Source of the DNA: Laetmonice hystrix
Lineage: Eukaryota
Direction: 5' to 3'
Assembly (NCBI GenBank): GCA_965235115.1
Contig: OZ249444.1
Span: 29,264,001-29,328,000, forward strand
DNA length: 64,000 nucleotides
Of the stretch, positions 1 through 10,933 are shown in pieces. Under the pieces are notes generated by a model. That model worked only from the letters and a program-made list of their open reading frames with translations, had not been told where the DNA came from and made no database searches. A program made the position numbers and the translations under genes. Each line of letters starts with the position of its first letter. The first letter of the stretch is position 1.

Positions 1-2089
1 TCTCCCTACATTTTTTTTTGGGGGGGGGGAGTGTTTGTTTCTTTGATTCGTTCAAAAAAAGTCAGTCGTACTGCCACTGGTTCCTGGTTGGCTGATATGG
101 CCGAACATACTGTCATTCTAAACAGGATACTTCATTGATATGGTTGTATCAAAACGGACAGATGACCCTTCAGATTCTGTCACGTATCACAGAGTTCTCA
201 TTCTGCACCAAGATTTCAACCCAATGATTCAGCGTTCATCAACAAATGTGATACTGAGCATAAAATTCCTTCTTAAAATTTGGAAATAAAAATATTTTTT
301 GGGAGGGTCACGATATCCAACTGAAAGGAAGAAATGAAGTGTGACACATTATAGGGTCTGGTAACCTACAACACGAAAAGCTTCAGGAACTCGTATACTT
401 CAAACCTCGATTGAGAAACGGAGTAACGGAGTAAGCGTCTCTATTATAAAACACAAGATCACTCGTGATTTGTACACTTGCATCTACTCAACCCCTCGTT
501 AAAACACCGTTTAAAACACTCCTACCGTAACGCTACCAGACCACGTGAAGATCAGAGGCTTAGTGAAGTATGGGGGAGTGTAATCTAGTGGTCGCCACGG
601 TAACCACATGTACAGGTCTGAACTCGATCAAACATACACAGTCAGAATATGGCTTTTTCATTTCCTTTTCATAATATCTAGAATATTCTAGAAACAAAAA
701 ATAAATATTTAAAAAAAATAATAATTAAAAATATATAAAATTAAAAAAAGTCGGCACAGATGTAAACGTCAATGCAGATGTCAACAGCCGCAGTGGAAAA
801 CCGCCAAAATGAAAGTAACTTAAAAAGAACATTAATTTGTATAATTATCACAAGAAAAGCCTCATAGAAACATCAGGTAGCCTGGGAGAATTACTCGACC
901 AAAGAACCCAGTGTAAAAATTGACGGTAAACTGCCATACACAAATCTTATGAAGAAACCAATACAATGAAGTAGAGATGCATTGAATCATATGTAAGAAA
1001 TATAGCTAGGGTGGAGATAATGTAAGTATAATAAAGAACACATGAGCAGCAGTTAGAGGCGTAACCTCTGACTGCATACTGTAGCACAAGATCCATAAGG
1101 TACAGAGGACACTATAAAAGGTCAAATCCCTCTTCGCCAAACATTCAAGAAAGGCCAGCAAGGGAAGGCAGGCGCCGCACTTACTCTCTATTATAACAGG
1201 TCCTGAAAACAACGACAACCCAGAGTTAATCAAGCAGTATTACCAAACAAAACTGAAATATATCAAATGTCTCATAATCAAACCCTGGTCTCCATGGAGA
1301 TGGTAAACCGAATCCACCGTATCAGGGACAGGAAGCGGTGGGATATCAATCTCAAATCCTCCAACAGAAAAATCAGACAGAAAATGATAAATACAAGCCC
1401 CCAACTGAAACAACCAAACCGCCTGGCCAGTACCTCTTGACGAACGGGATGTGTGGTTTGTCGGGAAAGTAGAAAATAATGAAAGTCAAGAAATGAGGGT
1501 TATAATCTCTGGTCGAACTGCAGGCCAGCATGGAAAGCAACATCAGACTGGAAACGTTTGTATCTGGGTCGGGGAGAAACCTACACCCACAGGTTTTATC
1601 AACAAGATGTATCGGGTATTAATATTGTGTATTCAAACATGCATCTTTTTGAGCCACCATGTATGAGAAACAGAAGTGGTCAGAACTGGAACCGGAAGTA
1701 AGATCTATTTGTACGATGTGATGGGTATAAACTTCACTGATACAGACGAACCTTCTAGAAGGTCTGTCAGAGACCTACTGAGTTATTCAACGATGCCAAT
1801 AAAACAGCCAGTGATTCGGCTACTCTCCAGAGGTGAAAAGGTGTAAAATCAGTTTCATGTCCCTTTCTTTGTCCTCACTGACACTGTTCTATCGACTCAC
1901 TAAATGCAAAGAAAGGTTGATGTACAAAGGACACAGAGGGCGTTATTCACACGCTATCATCATCGCACTACTGTTATCAGACATCAGAAAATGTAACTCA
2001 GGTCAGAGTAGAAAGGTAATGCCAAAATATCAGCAGGCAGAACTAACATCTGGTAAACTCGCGGTAGGGCTGAAACTATACACTTGTGC

Positions 2090-2455
2090 CACGATATGAT
2101 ATGTATCACGATACATGACAATCGCTAGGATATGTATCACGATACATGACAATCGCTATGATATGTATCACGATACATGACAATCGCTAGGATATGTATC
2201 ACGATACATGACAATCGCTATGATATGTATCACGATACATGACAATCGCTATGATATGTATCACCATACATGACAATCGCTATGATATGTATCACGATAC
2301 ATGACAATCGCTATGATATGTATCACGATACATGACAATCGCTATGATATGTATCACGATACATGACAATCGCTATGATATGTATCACGATACATGACAA
2401 TCGCTAGGATATGTATCAAGATACATGACAATCGCTATGATATGTATCAAGATAT
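2090..2455. repeat. 31-bp minisatellite, about 12 copies (GATATGTATCACGATACATGACAATCGCTAT)
   Basis: Direct tandem units; each contains the inverted repeat ATGTATC-ac-GATACAT. Confidence 0.95.
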
Positions 2456-2574
2456 TTGTCAAAAGAATCAGATTCTGGGGCTAGATTGTCTCCGGGCCCG
2501 TTTTACCAGGCACCTGAACAACTGGAGTCTGTAGAACACACGATAACCTATTGTCAGACAACTGATTTCGAACC

Positions 2575-2712
2575 TTGCCGCAGATTGAGCCCATTGACGG
2601 GGAACGGGTTGTATTGTTTGATCTCTTTAGAAGAGTCGTGACACATAGTCGAGTTACACCCTCACCTCGCCAAATGGGCACACCATCCGAAACCATCGAC
2701 TCTTCGTACTGT
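2575..2712 (+). repeat. Dispersed repeat, diverged copy of 21548-21666
   Basis: Shared blocks tgagcc-actgacgggg, ctttagaagagt, cgagttacaccctcacctc, actcttcgtactg. Confidence 0.7.
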
Positions 2713-3863
2713 CAGGTTTTCAACAGCGTCTGTTTCTCACACAAACGGTGTTATAACCCCCCCAAACATTTTGCCAAGTTTTAAACAAATTCGGGCGAAC
2801 CTTTAAGAAATATACTGTCTTACGTCAACGATTTTTTTTATAGTAAACAGATATTTTGTAAATCACAGAGCAAAACTTGGAGGTCAGCACCCTGTCCATA
2901 TAGCAGTCATGGTTGCTTGCTGAGAGCTATTTTGATATGCAAATCAGGGTGTCAGTAGCAGGGACAGGATATGGTTAGACGCTCTATTGTTCGGCGTTTC
3001 GTTAGGCGGGCATTGTCGGAAACCTTCTGGAGGTCATTGTGGATCTATAAATACCAGCAGGCACAGGAGCTGTACTACGGGGTCGGGTTCCGAGGACATT
3101 TTCCTGTTGGCAACTAATATATGGCCTTGATACCCTAACATATTGGCTTCAGGGGTTTGTAAAGTGACTATTGCTTTAGGCTTTCCAAAGACCCGAAACT
3201 AAATATTTGAAATAAATGTAGGCCTATGTAATTTAAATATAATAAAATTAAAACAATAAAATAAAATAAATGTAGGCCAATGTAATTAAAACAAAGTGTA
3301 ATTTAACAAAATAGAATTATTAAACAAGTATGGGCCCCGGGCCACGGGTGTATCATTTTGTTATCGATATTTTGACATTCATATCCGTGACTCATAGCGG
3401 ACATAAAATATCGCAAGGCACCGATTTACTGATGAATGGTTTCAGCTCTAACTTGTAACGAGTTTATTTTTATTGAGAAGCTAAGAGTAAGGCAACATAA
3501 GACATTGTTCTTTCTATCAGTATCTACAACCTTGAGAAGAAAAGCCGTAACGTTGCATGCCTTCATAAGACGTTCACAGAGAGAGATACAATGGCGTCAA
3601 CAACACAGGTCCAGCCGACCTGTCGGAAACTTTACAAACGGTCAGACAAATTAGAATTCTATGAGTGAATTAAGAGCGGTTTGAAGGTCAAACATTGGTT
3701 GATTCTTTGGAAATAAAGAATAGTGATGGACTCATCTAGAACATCGTTTGTACAGGTTAAGGAGAAAATCTACTGACATACACTGCTGCGGTCACACGTT
3801 TTACTACTGTGACGTCATAGAAACATGCACAACAACATGGATATCACAAACCTGACTGGGTTC

Positions 3864-3975
3864 TCAACAATTCAGATTATCAAAACAAAATACACCTTCC
3901 CCCCAACAATCCGGATTATCAAAACAAAATACACCTTCCCCTCCAACAATTCGGATAATCAAAACGGAATTGACC
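3864..3975. repeat. 39-bp tandem repeat, about 3 copies
   Basis: caacaat..gattatcaaaacaaaatacaccttcccc repeated. Confidence 0.8.
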
Positions 3976-4029
3976 TTTCTCTTCAAAAGAACATTTCTAT
4001 TACATGTATAGGTATAACGTGAATATGTA

Positions 4030-4666
4030 TCGGGTGTCCCAGAAAAAGTGAACCGCTTTTTGACAAGTATTTTCTCAGTGATAGATAACCCGATTTCATT
4101 GAAAATTTTCACACAATAACCTTAGGGTATCATCAACAAGTCTGCAAAATAACTAAAAGATCTGACTGAAATTATGCGAGTATTGTCAAATTCAAAACAG
4201 CATGTCAAAAAATCCGATATCAAAACTGTCCAAAGTGACCTACATCAGGTTCATGGATTATGCCATATGGAACTCTCTGAAAGAGAAAGTTTACCGGGGA
4301 CTGAGAGACAAATTGACCGAACAGGCATTAAAGGACAGGATAATTATGTCATGAGAGAAGATATCGGTGGAAGAAATACGTACAAGCATTTCTGCTTGGA
4401 AGAAACGGCTTCCTTTAGTCGTAAAGGAACATGGAGGCCACATTGAGCATAAACTGAAATAAGTGTTTTCCTTTGATATTGGATTTTTTGACATGCTGTT
4501 TTGAATTTGACAATACTCGCATAAGTTCTGTCAGATCTTTTAGATATTTTGCAGACTTGTTGATGATACCCTAAGGTTACTGTGTGAAAAGTTTCAATGA
4601 ATTCGGTTTATCTATCACTGAGAAAATACTTGTCAAAAAGCGGTTCACTTTTTCTGGGACACCCGA
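4030..4666. mobile_element. Non-autonomous Tc1/mariner-like MITE with about 195-bp terminal inverted repeats
   Basis: TCGGGTGTCCCAGAAAAAGTGAACCGC... at 4030-4222 mirrors 4472-4666; TA on both flanks; no transposase ORF. Confidence 0.88.
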
Positions 4667-4919
4667 TATATAAGGATGGTTGTCTTCCTTACACAAGTGT
4701 GATAAAAGAGCATGTTGAGAACCCTGACAGTAAAACACTTGCCACATTCAGTACTTTTCTTTCATCACCTATACAAGTACAGTAGGAGAGCTTCATGCTT
4801 AGTGAGGTTAAACGTTAAAATCACAACGTCGTCAACATGCAGCGTCATCTACAACATCGACTTTTCTCGGTTACCATGGGAGCAGCAGTTTCCAACCAAT
4901 TGGAAACCAGCAAACCAAC

Positions 4920-4952
4920 CTTGCAAATGAGAGGGGGACTCCCGGGTTGTAG
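4920..4952 (-). CDS. unc80: Possible 33-nt exon (ATTRESPSHLQ), phase 1->1
   Basis: cttgtcccttgcag| and G|gttggt; speculative. Confidence 0.3.
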
Positions 4953-5129
4953 CTGCAAGGGACAAGTTTTAATTTATCATGGAGTCCTACCTTCCTTCTC
5001 ACCCAAGGGAACATATCCATGAAATTTGGTGGTAAAAAGTAGAAATAAACCACTTTTCCTGCCCGTAACCTTTGACCCCAATGACGTACACTAGTCTAGT
5101 TGGCCCCATCTTCAGTCTATGTTCTAGGG

Positions 5130-5371
5130 CAGGGTTTCCAGAGGTTGGCTATATTAAAATTTCATGACTTTTCTAGACCAAAACTCTCAAATTTCATGAC
5201 CAATTCCGGATAAAACTAATACTTTACAATTTAGGCCTAACAGAAACAAAAATCTGGTTCAAGAGATATCTCAAATTCCATGACTTCTTCATGACCTTCC
5301 CTTGTTTTTCTATTTTTAATGACTTTTCCAGGCTTCATTTTCCATGACTTTTCATGACCGTGGGAACCCTG
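5130..5371. mobile_element. Degenerate MITE with CAGGGTT termini and repeated TCATGA motifs
   Basis: cagggtttcc ... gggaaccctg; no clear target-site duplication. Confidence 0.5.
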
Positions 5372-5391
5372 TATTGGCCTGAGACTGATAC

Positions 5392-5562
5392 CTTCTCGCT
5401 TGACGTCAATAGGATCTCGTGGAGCGAGAACCATTGGGTCCTTGCTCAATAACTTCCCGGGAGAATCATAGTACTCCGCAACCTGACTCAATGTCAGCCT
5501 TTCTACGTCAACCAGCCTGCGATCCATCTCATTAGCAATATCTTTACCACAGTATACTCCTA
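5392..5562 (-). CDS. unc80: Possible C-terminal exon (VGVYCGKDIANEMDRRL...DVKRE), phase 1->1
   Basis: NAGNAG acceptor (cagtag) and G|gtatca; open frame. Confidence 0.45.
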
Positions 5563-6096
5563 CTGACAGTAACCTGAGCCGGAGTCCGGGTTCCATCTCA
5601 TATAAACCAGAATGAGTGGACCCACTGCCGTATCAAAATCTCAGTTAATAACTAACGGGCACATCAAGGGACACAACGAAATATTTCCTGTATCAAATTT
5701 TCAATCCAAATCATTGCTCAGGGCTTCTTATTACCTAGCTTCAGCGGACAAGCACAATATGCAAAGTTTTAATATTGAAACGCTGTCTTTAAGCTTCCGA
5801 TTCGTGAAACCAGAGATCTAAATGGTCGCATGTCTTTGGTGAAACCATCCCACCGGAAGCTGGATTTTAAATCTAATTTGGTGTACTAAAATGTATTTTA
5901 CACCAGGACCAAAAGCCCAAAGTCGCTCTTAGGTTTTTAAAATGACAAGGTCTGTATGGCGCTCATGTTCTTTACATGTATTATGACGAAAACTTGGAGT
6001 AAGTGAGTGTAATAATGCAGTTTTGCGCTGTCAGGATCAATTAGAAAGTGGAAAGTTTGGAAGTTTAAAGAGTGGAGTCTGGAATGGACAACTTAC

Positions 6097-6285
6097 CCTC
6101 TGTCGCTGTGTCATCCTCCTGTACACTGGCCTTTCGGAGAAACTTCTCCAGTATACGTGATCCCTCCTGGGCGGTGATCCTGCCCGACGCTTTACGCTGG
6201 AGGACGGGGCTGCTGGCGTCCACAGCCAGCCCCTGCGACACCTTGGGCAACCCTGACTGTGAGCTGGCCTGGGACAGCAGCGCCG
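6097..6285 (-). CDS. unc80: Probable UNC80 C-terminal exon (ALLSQASSQSGLPK...EDDTATE), phase 1->1
   Basis: gtcccacctag| and G|gtaagt; GC-rich coding-like 189 nt. Confidence 0.7.
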
Positions 6286-6352
6286 CTAGGTGGGACAAAA
6301 ACAAAACACACCGGTCAGTACATCAACAACACAATGGGAAGCTCATGGTAAC

Positions 6353-6424
6353 GTGGAGTCCTCCGATCTGGGTCGACTTCAAACATCACTTCGCTGCCAG
6401 AGCACACTCTGCTGCCATCGGATG
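6353..6424 (-). CDS. unc80: Possible exon (SDGSRVCSGSEVMFEVDPDRRTP), phase 1->1
   Basis: gatttcag| and C|gttacc; leaves a short 67-nt intron; weak. Confidence 0.3.
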
Positions 6425-7724
6425 CTGAAATCTTAATACTTTTTGTCCCATGTTGCTGAAGCATTTCAAGAAAATTTATTCTTCTCAATGGCCACTTCGA
6501 GGTGGCATTGCTCCGTTTTCCCTGATGCAATTTTGGAGTTTTATCAGACATTCGGCCCATTGTGCTGGCTCAGACATTACGGGATCGAAAGAGTTTACTT
6601 ACTTACTTTACTTACTTAAAGAGTTAAACTTGTCCTTTACTTTGCTAGCTCCATATACTGCCTGTGTATCCAGTAACTGTAGTAACTAATGTACCAAGGC
6701 CATCCAGCGGTAAAGGCGCCAGAAGTAATTTATTATTGGGGGGGGGGGGGGCCTTGGTTTCAACGGAATGCGGGGAAACATGCTTTTTTTCATTCGAGGT
6801 CCCCCATCTAGATTTCAGTGAAGAGATCTACCCCCCTTATCCGCCGGTAATCCCCGGTAATCATAGTGGTGTTTAACCCCGGTAATCATAGTGGTGTTTT
6901 CACACTGTCGTCTACTAAAGTGCAGAGGCTGTCATATATTTACACCTTGACGACCCTGGGGTGCGTTTCTCATCATGTCGTTAGCTTGTCGTATCGTTAA
7001 CTCCCAGGACAGGATAACGATAGATGAGAAGCGCCCCCTGGTGCATAGATGGTGCATGAAGAACCACTCACTAAACGGCAAACAATACATAACGCCTGAC
7101 AATTACTCCCAATACATATCATTTTTATGAAAAGTCCCTTTCATTATTATACTTCAATATTCCCAACCTTTACTCCGTTATGAAATCAAACCAATTTTTA
7201 TTAGAAAAGGTTTCAAAATTATGTGCGCGTCGGCTCTGCTGCTACGTAGATAAACAACAATAAAAATGACAAAATCAAAAAAGTGCTCAGTCTTTGCTAT
7301 CATACAACTCTCAAACACGACATGGCCTTAACGTCACCTCCACTGTAAGCATGTTATTGTAAGAGTGATCAATCTAAAAATGCGGTGTTCCATCCAGTAT
7401 GGTTGAACCCCAAGGTCAAATCCCCACGGAGTACTAAAGCTCTATCACTACTCTGACGACTAATCCTGACAACCCCGGGTGACCCATTCCGACCCGGCCG
7501 AGCACGGACTATGAGGTTGGCGTCAACTCTTCTACAATCTACCTATACATAAACACTGGTGGATTATCGTCTGGTTTAGGTACCCACAATTGTAAGAAGT
7601 TGAGTGGATGAGAAGCTGGCTGACGCTTGTACTGAGTGGATTACCGACGCCAACTGAAACCAATCGACACAGTATATGGTAACTCTGGCGTCAACTCCCA
7701 ATCGGATCCTGCAACACAACTCTT

Positions 7725-9129
7725 CAACCGGCCTTGGCAGCACCAACCTTGAGTTCCCTCCCAAACTGTTGTCTCCTACAACCGGCCTTGGCAGCACCAA
7801 CCTTGAGTTCCCTCCCAAACTGTTGTCACCTACAACCGGCCTTGGCAGCACCAACCTTGAGTTCCCTCCCAAACTGTTGTCTCCTACAACCGGCCTTGGC
7901 AACACAACCTTGAGTTCCCTCCCAAACTGTTGTCTCCTACAACCGGCCTTGGCAGCACCAACCTTGAGTTCCCTCCCAAACTGTTGTCACCTACAACCGG
8001 CCTTGGCAGCACCAACCTTGAGTTCCCTCCCAAACTGTTGTCTCCTACAACCGGCCTTGGCAGCACCAACCTTGAGTTCCCTCCCAAACTGTTGTCACCT
8101 ACAACCGGCCTTGGCAACACAACCTTGAGTTCCCTCCCAAACTGTTGTCACCTACAACCGGCCTTGGCAGCACCAACCTTGACTTCCCTCCCAAACTGTT
8201 GTCACCTACAACCGGCCTTGGCAGCACCAACCTTGAGTTCCCTCCCAAACTGTTGTCTCCTACAACTGGCCTTGGCAGCACCAACCTTGAGTTCCCTCCC
8301 AAACTGTTGTCACCTACAACCGGCCTTGGCAGCACCAACCTTGAGTTCCCTCCCAAACTGTTGTCTCCTACAACCGGCCTTGGCAGCACCAACCTTGAGT
8401 TCCCTCCCAAACTGTTGTCACCTACAACCGGCCTTGGCAGCACCAACCTTGAGTTCCCTCCCAAACTGTTGTCACCTACAACCGGCCTTGGCAGCACCAA
8501 CCTTGAGTTCCCTCCCAAACTGTTGTCACCTACAACTGGCCTTGGCAGCACCAACCTTGAGTTCCCTCCCAACCTGTTGTCTCCTACAACTGGCCTTGGC
8601 AGCACTAACCTTGAGTTCCCTCCCAAACTGTTGTCTCCTACGACTGGCCTTGGCAGCACCAACCTTGAGTTCCCTCCCAAACTGTTGTCACCTACAACCG
8701 GCCTTGGCAGCACCAACCTTGAGTTCCCTCCCAAACTGTTGTCACCTACAACCGGCCTTGGCAGCACCAACCTTGAGTTCCCTCCCAAACTGTTGTCACC
8801 TACAACCGGCCTTGGCAGCACCAACCTTGAGTTCCCTCCCAAACTGTTGTCTCCTACAACCGGCCTTGGCAGCACCAACCTTGAGTTCCCTCCCAAACTG
8901 TTGTCTCCTACAACCGGCCTTGGCAGCACCAACCTTGAGTTCCCTCCCAAACTGTTGTCTCCTACAACCGGCCTTGGCAGCACCAACCTTGAGTTCCCTC
9001 CCAAACTGTTGTCACCTACAACCGGCCTTGGCAGCACGAACCTTGAGTTCCCTCCCAAACTGTTGTCACCTACAACCGGCCTTGGCAGCACCAACCTTGA
9101 GTTCCCTCCCAAACTGTTGTCACCTACAA
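7725..9129. repeat. 54-bp minisatellite, about 26 copies (a few shorter variants)
   Basis: CCTTGGCAGCACCAACCTTGAGTTCCCTCCCAAACTGTTGTC(T/A)CCTACAACCGG units; source of the 350-400 aa repetitive ORFs. Confidence 0.97.
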
Positions 9130-9989
9130 TAACAACCTGTGCCTCTAGTTCCACCTGGCCAGCAGAATCCTTACTCCTTTCTTATGATCCGATACTTTCC
9201 GACTTTACAAATGCCAAGACTTGCACTTAAGAAGGTAGTCTGAAATCAACTTCATGCGGTTTTTTAATCAAGCCATAATGTGGTAAGAAGTAAGCCTGCT
9301 TCTATTTATTTATTTATCACACCCACCGGGCCCACACTTTTTTAACGGTTATCATCTCTGGGAAGTTCCTCGAGAGAATAAAATGACGCAGTCTCCATAT
9401 TGTTATTCCAACATAAAACTGGACTGCATTCAGACGACTATAAAATTTCCGATACAAGACGCTCTGCTCTTACAAACATGAAACCTTCACATTTATTCCC
9501 CACCTGATTGCCTTCATTCAATTTTGTATTCGAGGCAGAAAGTGTACTCTCCCATTATCTGGGCGAAATGTGTTTGCACATGTCATTTAAAGAACTTACA
9601 CAGACCTACCCCTGCTTATAATAACAACTTTACATGTATTTCATACCTATATTATATTTAATCTATATCAGAACGACAGGGAAGTTGCCCCACCACTCTC
9701 TGTCTACCTTTGAAATTCCAGCCATTTAACTTGTAATCTTTGACTTTATGGACATTTCCACACATTGATACCTGATACTTTGAGGACTTTGATACAGGGA
9801 GGACTTTGAAGGTAAAAATGTACAGCTTATACATTATACACATCACCTGAGCTTCCTGCAATTACAATCCCTGAGACTAACAGAATCCTAGACAGTTGGT
9901 GACGAAATCCTGTGTCAATTCTCTGACCTCGTCCTCCTTAATCCAGTGGTCTGTCCGTCAGTGGTTTAACACTACACGTATCATCCTGT

Positions 9990-10640
9990 TACATCCTGAG
10001 TTCTCTCACGTGTCACCTGACACATCCTGGGTTCTCTCACGTGTCACCTGTCACACCGTGTCCTCTCACGTGTCACCTGACACATCCTGGGTTCTCTCAC
10101 GTGTCACCTGTCACACCGTGTCCTCTCACGTGTCACCTGACACATCCTGGGTTCTCTCACGTGTCACCTGACACATCCTGGGTTCTCTCACGTGTCACCT
10201 GTCACACCGTGTCCTCTCACGTGTCACCTGACACATCCTGGGTTCTCTCACGTGTCACCTGTCACATCCTGAGTTCTCTCACGTGTCACCTGACACATCC
10301 TGGGTTCTCTCACGTGTCACCTGACACCTCCTGAGTTCTCTCACGTGTCACCTGACACATCCTGGGTTCTCTCACGTGTCACCTGTCACACCGTGTCCTC
10401 TCACGTGTCACCTGTCACATCCTGAGTTCTCTCACGTGTCACCTGACACATCCTGGGTTCTCTCACGTGTCACCTGTCACACCGTGTCCTCTCACGTGTC
10501 ACCTGTCACATCCTGAGTTCTACGTGTACCTGTCACATCCTGAGGTCTCCTATGTGTCACCTGTCACACCCTGATTTCTCTACATGTCACCTGTCACACC
10601 CTGTGTTCTCTACATGTCACCTGTCACATCCTGTGTCACC
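9990..10640. repeat. Composite minisatellite built on CACGTGTCACCTG modules
   Basis: Alternating about 30-bp units (cacatcctgggttctct / cacaccgtgtcctct), decaying at the right end. Confidence 0.93.
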
Positions 10641-10852
10641 TGCCAGTTTTGTCCCCCTGATTGACCTCCACTGGTACTATTGGCAATCCCTTCTTTACCT
10701 TGTAAATCTTACAAATTCTAATGTCAATTTCCTACACGACAATATCTATCTGACAAGCTGATTAGTTTAGCGGCTAACAACTAAAGTTTTATTCATGATT
10801 TTACACCAACTTTTGTTTGTTGAAATCACCAAGGAGGATGCAGGGTACTTAC

Positions 10853-10933
10853 ACTCTGGGGAGACTGCCCTAGTCATATTCTGAAGGTCAAAGTTCATAG
10901 ATTCGCTGGTAGAGGATCCACTCACATTGGCAG
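10853..10933 (-). CDS. unc80: Probable UNC80 C-terminal exon (AANVSGSSTSE...AVSPE), phase 1->1
   Basis: tgtcccag| and T|gtaagt; phase-compatible; no homology support. Confidence 0.6.

Noticed and set aside
900-1700. Possible decayed LINE fragment
   Set aside because: No reverse-transcriptase or endonuclease motif can be read with confidence; requires RepeatMasker or TBLASTN.
7576-9230. Long ORFs of 350-400 aa on both strands
   Set aside because: They are translations of a 54-bp stop-poor minisatellite inside an intron; no recognisable domain or flanking gene structure.
9885-9950. Possible terminal exon YHWIKEDEVRELTQDFVTNCLGFC*
   Set aside because: The acceptor is weak and stronger coding-like exons lie further downstream; cannot be excluded as an alternative last exon.
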